Source of the DNA: Bryobacteraceae bacterium
Lineage (GTDB): Bacteria; Acidobacteriota; Terriglobia; Bryobacterales; Bryobacteraceae
Assembly: GCA_040081855.1 (NCBI GenBank)
Contig: JBEBFS010000002.1
Span: 80,497-144,496, forward strand
Direction: 5' to 3'
DNA: 64,000 bases
Below the pieces are notes generated by a model, which did no database searches, was not told the origin of the DNA, and saw only the letters and a list, made by a program, of their open reading frames with translations. A program made the position numbers and the translations under genes. The first letter of the stretch is position 1, and every line of letters begins with the position of its first letter. Below are positions 59,711 to 64,000 of the stretch, piece after piece.

Positions 59711-59932
59711 ATGGCTGGTAGAGGAGCAACAACATTTCAAAAGCGGCAGAAGGAAATGCAACGCAAGGAGCGGCAACAGGAAAAGCTCGCGAAGAAGTTG
59801 GAGAGGAAGAAGCAAATCGGCTCCGATCAACCAATCGATACCGACGATGCTCTCGACACGGTCGATGACCCAAGCGCTTCGGCGGACGATAATCCAAGCG
59901 CTTCCGTAGGCGACAACCCAAGCGCTTCATAA
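59711..59932 (+). CDS. hypothetical small protein, basic N-terminus and acidic repeat tail
   Basis: MAGRGATTFQKRQKEMQRKERQQEKLAKKLERKKQ... followed by DDPSASA/DDNPSASV/GDNPSAS. AGGAG lies upstream of the ATG. Confidence 0.45.
   Translation: MAGRGATTFQKRQKEMQRKERQQEKLAKKLERKKQIGSDQPIDTDDALDTVDDPSASADDNPSASVGDNPSAS
59864..59932 (+). repeat. 2.9 copies of a 24-bp in-frame tandem repeat
   Basis: Units begin at 59864, 59888 and 59912. The core CCAAGCGCTTC recurs with exact 24-nt spacing (59870, 59894, 59918). Confidence 0.7.
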
Positions 59933-60059
59933 GAGCGTGCTACCCTAATTATCAAGTTTGACAGTTCGCTGACTTTTGGCATCTTCTTTCGTCTGGTCCT
60001 TCCGACCGCTCGTCAATCCTGCCTCGACTCAATGGCCTGCAACTATTGGAAGGAACCAA

Positions 60060-60422
60060 ATGACAAACATTTTCGTTGGGAATTTAAGTTTTGATACGAC
60101 TGAACAGTCGGTTCGCAGCCTGTTCGAGCAGTTCGGCAGCGTGGAGCGCGTAAGCCTCGTGACCGATCGTGAAACCGGCCGCGCCCGGGGCTTCGGCTTT
60201 GTGGAAATGAGCGTGAGTTCGGAGGCCGAACAGGCCATCGCAGGCTTGAACGGACAGGAACTGGACGGCCGGGCAATCAATGTGAACGAAGCTCGCCCTC
60301 GTGAAGAACGCGGCGGCGGTGGCGGCGGTCGCGGTGGCTTCGGCGGCGGCGGTGGTGGTGGCCAGCGCCGTGGTGGCTTCGGTGGTGGTGGTGGCGGCGG
60401 CCAGCGCCGCAACCGGTACTAA
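60060..60422 (+). CDS. RRM-type RNA-binding protein with Gly/Arg-rich tail
   Basis: RNP2 IFVGNLSF and RNP1 RGFGFVEM. C-terminal GGGGGGRGGFGGGGGGGQRRGGFGGGGGGGQRR. Confidence 0.9.
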   Translation: MTNIFVGNLSFDTTEQSVRSLFEQFGSVERVSLVTDRETGRARGFGFVEMSVSSEAEQAIAGLNGQELDGRAINVNEARPREERGGGGGGRGGFGGGGGGGQRRGGFGGGGGGGQRRNRY

Positions 60423-60443
60423 AGAAAACCCCGCATCAATGCA

Positions 60444-60476
60444 TAAAAGCGGCTCCCACCCGGGAGCCGCTTTTTT
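60444..60476. terminator. bidirectional rho-independent terminator
   Basis: ATAAAA-GCGGCTCCC-accc-GGGAGCCGC-TTTTTT between the convergent RRM gene and the radical SAM gene. The T-run overlaps the radical SAM stop codon. Confidence 0.75.
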
Positions 60477-62007
60477 ATTGGATTTGAAATGGACTCGCGG
60501 AAGGCGCCGTCACCATTAACTCCGGCATCGGCTTCGCGCGGAACAGCCGCAGGCAAGGTTTCGCCAACCACCGCGCCCAGCGATTTGCGGTTTTCCGCCT
60601 CGCGCTGTCCGTGGAGATTCCGGTATTGGCATACATCTGGCGATACAGCTTCGAGACGAATACAAACGCGAGCCGGGCTTTCAGCGTTTTTACGCATCCG
60701 GCGCGTTCCCAAATCGCCGATAGGCTGTAAAAGCGGTCCCAAACGCCCTGCGTCCGTTCACGAATTTCATCCGAGCTCATGGTGGGATGCGGCGTGAACA
60801 TCTTCGGCCGCACGCTGCTTGGAATCAACCAGTAGCGGGTTACCGGAACATCCCCAACGCGATCGGCACTATCGCCCAGGTTCTTTTCCCAGCGTTCGAA
60901 ATCCACTGTGCCGGGGAACGGCGTCATCATCACAAACTGCGCGAATGTAAGCGAAGACCTCTCCGCCAGCGCGGCCGTTGCCGCGAATGTGTCTTCCCTG
61001 TCCGAAGGCAGGCCAAATATAAACGAACCGAGCACGTGCACGCCGCGTTCGCGAAACGTGCGCAGCCGGGTGACCAACTCTTCGCCGGAAACATTGAAGT
61101 CCTTGAATACCGACTTCAATCCGGCCGGAGTCACCGCTTCAACGCCAACCAGCGCGCCCTTGATGTTGGCCTTTTTCATCGCGTCGAGATACTCGGGATC
61201 TTCGGCCGCCTCCATTGTGATCTGCGTAAAGAAGACCATGTCCGACGGAAGTGTCGCCAGACGCCGCATCAGATCGAAGCGCTGCTCCCGGATCGCTTCC
61301 AACTCAGCAACTCTCGCGAGATTGTTCTGCGCGCGCGCCAACCGGAGGTCATTGAGACTCACCGGGTAAAAGTTGTCATCGGCAAGCGCGATGAAACGGT
61401 ACCCAAGACGGCGAAGTTCGATGATTTCGCCCAGTACGGGATCGGACTCGCGCGGCCGTGGTGCTTGTCCGTCCGTCCGCCAAACCGAACAGAACGAGCA
61501 ATGCTTCGGACACCCGCGCAGTGTTTGCACCGACGCCCACATGTAGCGGTCCTTCGGCAAGAGGTCCCAGCGTGCCGGCGAAAAACTGCTTCCCGGTATC
61601 CTGCCGCCATCATAAATTCGCTGCGGTGTTCCTGCGATGCAGTCCTTCACCACAACCGGCCAGACTGTGTCGCCATCGCCAGTTACGACAGCTGTCGCCG
61701 AGCCAAGATCGAATACTTCCTCCGGAAACAGCGTGGCATGAATGCCGCCATAAATGACGTGGGCTCCGCGAGCTTTCGCAAGGGCGCCAACTTCGTACCC
61801 ACGGAGGGCGTTGCCCGTGTGGATACCGATCCCGACCACATCTCCAGGTTCTACGGTGGCTGGATCGAATCGTTCTAGCGTCTCGTCATAAAGGACGGGA
61901 TCACCGTACTGTTTCGGCGTGGCTGCCGCGAGAACAAACAGCCACCGCGGAGTGATAACTCCGATTCCAAAAGAAACATCGCTAGGGTTAATCAGATGGA
62001 CGCGCAC
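60475..62007 (-). CDS. B12-binding-domain radical SAM protein (class B)
   Basis: N-terminal cobalamin-binding-like domain (VVGIGIHTGN...VIYGGIHATLFPEE). Radical SAM CPKHCSFCSV. 510 aa with a basic C-terminal tail. Confidence 0.85.
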   Translation of the reverse strand: MRVHLINPSDVSFGIGVITPRWLFVLAAATPKQYGDPVLYDETLERFDPATVEPGDVVGIGIHTGNALRGYEVGALAKARGAHVIYGGIHATLFPEEVFDLGSATAVVTGDGDTVWPVVVKDCIAGTPQRIYDGGRIPGSSFSPARWDLLPKDRYMWASVQTLRGCPKHCSFCSVWRTDGQAPRPRESDPVLGEIIELRRLGYRFIALADDNFYPVSLNDLRLARAQNNLARVAELEAIREQRFDLMRRLATLPSDMVFFTQITMEAAEDPEYLDAMKKANIKGALVGVEAVTPAGLKSVFKDFNVSGEELVTRLRTFRERGVHVLGSFIFGLPSDREDTFAATAALAERSSLTFAQFVMMTPFPGTVDFERWEKNLGDSADRVGDVPVTRYWLIPSSVRPKMFTPHPTMSSDEIRERTQGVWDRFYSLSAIWERAGCVKTLKARLAFVFVSKLYRQMYANTGISTDSARRKTANRWARWLAKPCLRLFRAKPMPELMVTAPSASPFQIQ

Positions 62008-62016
62008 GAGACCTCG

Positions 62017-62208
62017 TTACCACCACAGCGATTTGCTGTGGGTCAAATAGTAGGCGGCGGAAGCCAGCCCAAGGAACAACACGGATACCACTAGCATACG
62101 GGCTTTAATCCGGAAAACTTCCCGGTCACGGTTCTTGTTCTCCCACGCCCGCCAACAAATCCCGAAGTCGTCGGGAGAAGCGACGGCAGGGTTCTGTGCT
62201 CGAAGCAT
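62017..62208 (-). CDS. hypothetical small membrane protein
   Basis: 63-aa ORF 9 nt upstream of the radical SAM gene. GAGAGGA SD 3 nt before the ATG. C-terminal TM helix MLVVSVLFLGLASAAYYL. Confidence 0.4.
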   Translation of the reverse strand: MLRAQNPAVASPDDFGICWRAWENKNRDREVFRIKARMLVVSVLFLGLASAAYYLTHSKSLWW

Positions 62209-62653
62209 TGATCCTCTCTCTTGCGCTCAAGATGAAGAGAGGGGCCTTATCCCCGAAGGACCGGCTCCAGTAACTGAGCGATACATCGTCAAGTGTAGCA
62301 CCCATCCACTTTCGCTTAACAGCAAATCAGGGCAAACGACAGATGCGAGAAAAAACGCGACGGATCGCTTAACGCGAGATCCACGCCGCCTGGGGAACTT
62401 ATTGCGACACCATCCGTGCGCACACATGAACCGCCTTTGCTCATCGCCGCCAAGCCGATCAAATTCGGGAGCTCAGCCCTCGCTGCGACCCTAAAAGTTT
62501 CTACCCAGGGATCAGCGAGACTTGCGCGTCGGGCGCAAGGCATCCGTTGGCAAGGAAGGAAGCCGCGGACAAGATACCGATCCTCCTTCGTCCTCCCAAA
62601 CATCAAGGCCCTCCACGTCTTCTTCGCCACCCTGGGGACGCCAATTTAAGGAG

Positions 62654-62767
62654 CTAGGAATCTTCATTATCCGCACCCAGTGCCTGAGTCGCGCTTTCCA
62701 TCTTGCCTCCTGGAATGGTTGGTTTGCCCTGCGCTGCGGAGATCAGCACGCGATGAACCTTTTGCAT
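62654..62767 (-). CDS. candidate 37-aa mini-ORF (not in supplied ORF track)
   Basis: ATG at 62767 preceded by GGAG plus a 5-nt spacer. Encodes MQKVHRVLISAAQGKPTIPGGKMESATQALGADNEDS, TAG at 62654..62656. No other support. Confidence 0.25.
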   Translation of the reverse strand: MQKVHRVLISAAQGKPTIPGGKMESATQALGADNEDS

Positions 62768-62827
62768 CGGCACTCCAAATGCTTCGTGTCAGCCGGATAA
62801 GCCTCGCACCCGCTATAATGGCCCAGG

Positions 62828-62854
62828 CACGTGACCGCCCGTGGTCACGTGACC
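62828..62854. promoter_or_regulatory. tandem CACGTGACC operator-like palindromes next to a TATAAT box
   Basis: CACGTGACC at 62828..62836 and 62846..62854. GGTCACGTGACC (62843..62854) is a perfect 12-bp palindrome. TATAAT at 62814..62819. Confidence 0.4.
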
Positions 62855-63011
62855 ATATATCGCCGCGCGGGCGCCGGCACAGACACTCGCTGGCAGGCTG
62901 GTTGCGCGGGTGCAACGCAAGAGCCGGAAACAGCATGGCCCCCAACGTGCACTTCTGTAATCGGAATGCAGTGCCTTTGCGCAAATTGCACGCCTACTTT
63001 TGCCCCACAGA

Positions 63012-64000
63012 GTGAGATTGACAAGCTACAGACTCGTACTCGGTTTTTATCGCAGTAAAGAACACGCAGAGGAGGCCCTCCATGAGGCCCGGCGGAACGG
63101 CATCCGGCGATCCGGAGCGGTTCATCGCGCCGAGGACGGCCAGTTAACGTTCTCCCATTCCGGACTCGGGCCTTTACCGCGCGGAGTCTTCGGCTGTGCC
63201 GTGGCGTTGATGGCCTCATTGGTGGCTGGGCGCGTGGAACTGCATCCAGGGGCTATCGCTGCCGTTGCACTCTTCGCCTTCCTGCTTTCTTGGTTCGGAA
63301 CGCTGTGGTCGGGTTGGGGACTGAAGAGAAGCATTCTGGCACGCTACGGACGCCTTCTCTTCTCTGGCGAGAGCGTGGTGGCTGTGCAGGAAAAGGACAA
63401 GCGAGCAGCCGACGTGGTTGCCTTCTGGCACCAACTCTCCCACGTTGCGCTTTTTACGATCCGTCCCGGCATTACTCCCCGCGCTCAAACCGCGGCAGAC
63501 CGGATCGAAAAAGAACCGGTGACGCTTGCGGACTTACCCAAGCACGCTCACAAACTCGCTTCGTCCCACGAACTATTGACGTGCAAAAAATCGCGCTCTC
63601 TGTTGCCCACCGTCCGCACCTGTGAAGACGCAATCGAGCGAGCCCGCGAGGACCTGGCCGAGGCGTCCCGCTTGGATTACGCCATCACTCCCGCCGCCGA
63701 GTGGGTGCTCGACAATACCTACCTGATACGAGCGCACATCGCCGAAATCCGGCACAATCTGCCGGACAACCATTACCGCATCCTGCCCGTGCTCACCGAC
63801 ACCAGTGGGCCGATCCCATTCCGCGTGTACCATCTCGCGACCGAGTTGGTCGACCTGACGGGCCACCGGCCAACCCCGGAGGGCATCGCTGATTTTCTGG
63901 ACGCGTATCAGGATACGGCTCCACTCACCATCGCCGAGCTGTGGGTGTTTCCTCTCATGTTGCGCCTGGTGCTACTGCAGAGAATCCAGCGCCTGTCGGA
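63012..64000 (+). CDS. NdvB-like cyclic beta-1,2-glucan synthase / GH94-family protein, N-terminal part (3'-truncated by window edge)
   Basis: Frame 3 is open from 62961 to the window end, and is absent from the ORF track because it has no stop. PAAEWVLDNTYLIRAHIAEIRHNLPDNHYRILPVL...FLDAYQDTAPLTIAELWVFPLMLRLVLLQRIQRL matches the conserved NdvB N-region. Start uncertain (GTG 63012, TTG 63000 or 63018). Confidence 0.7.
   Translation, partial: MRLTSYRLVLGFYRSKEHAEEALHEARRNGIRRSGAVHRAEDGQLTFSHSGLGPLPRGVFGCAVALMASLVAGRVELHPGAIAAVALFAFLLSWFGTLWSGWGLKRSILARYGRLLFSGESVVAVQEKDKRAADVVAFWHQLSHVALFTIRPGITPRAQTAADRIEKEPVTLADLPKHAHKLASSHELLTCKKSRSLLPTVRTCEDAIERAREDLAEASRLDYAITPAAEWVLDNTYLIRAHIAEIRHNLPDNHYRILPVLTDTSGPIPFRVYHLATELVDLTGHRPTPEGIADFLDAYQDTAPLTIAELWVFPLMLRLVLLQRIQRLS

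Noticed and set aside
59958-59963. TTGACA hexamer upstream of the RRM gene as a -35 box
   Set aside because: No acceptable -10 hexamer lies at 16-19 nt spacing (ATCTTC/TCTTCT), so I do not call a promoter.
62551-62570. CAAGGAAGGAAGCCGCGG resembling the SRP (4.5S) RNA GGAAGGAAGCAGC domain IV motif
   Set aside because: The conserved AGCAG/GNAR-loop context and the complementary 3' strand are missing, so no extended helix can be drawn.
63071-63147. Strong GGAGG plus ATG (63082) opening a 21-aa ORF, which suggested a frameshifted start of the NdvB-like gene
   Set aside because: The frame-3 translation across the same bases (…GFYRSKEHAEEALHEARRNGIRRSGAV…) is protein-like and continuous with the downstream gene. 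The GGAGG..ATG is most simply the codons GAG GAG GCC CTC CAT GAG inside that gene.

Overview
GC-rich bacterial chromosomal segment, almost fully coding (about 70 genes). I found no rRNA, tRNA, CRISPR array, transposase or integrase. The gene content suggests an Acidobacteriota-like soil bacterium; this is inference only. Housekeeping genes run through the window: pyrD, ridA, kdsC, tilS, ftsH, mscL, nth, accBC, pepP, purMN, rfbD and futalosine-type menaquinone genes. Two large functional loci stand out. (1) A hopanoid operon at 22.5-32.2 kb: ispH-shc-hpnH-hpnA-hpnG-[two Zn-dependent MDR dehydrogenases]-hpnC-hpnD. It has no hpnE. The two dehydrogenases are embedded with overlapping or 4-nt junctions. 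I flag them as candidates for an unassigned hopanoid step: ribosylhopane to bacteriohopanetetrol, or hydroxysqualene reduction. (2) A roughly 13.7-kb minus-strand Wzx/Wzy-type polysaccharide locus at 45.2-59.0 kb: Wza, Wzc tyrosine kinase, flippase, acetyltransferase, GT2, two GT4, polymerase-like and ligase-like membrane proteins, and a priming phosphotransferase. It ends 4 nt upstream of an HpaB/AbfD-family flavoenzyme gene. Other points: a hicAB pair, a yefM-yoeB pair in which yoeB is broken by a one-base insertion that removes the catalytic C-terminus, and a hybrid histidine kinase with a possibly degenerate HPt domain. There is also a B12-binding radical SAM gene preceded by two mini-ORFs and a roughly 0.8-kb coding-sparse region holding a tandem CACGTGACC palindromic operator. 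The window ends in a 3'-truncated NdvB-like glucan synthase gene. Family assignments come from reading translated motifs from memory; no searches were run.
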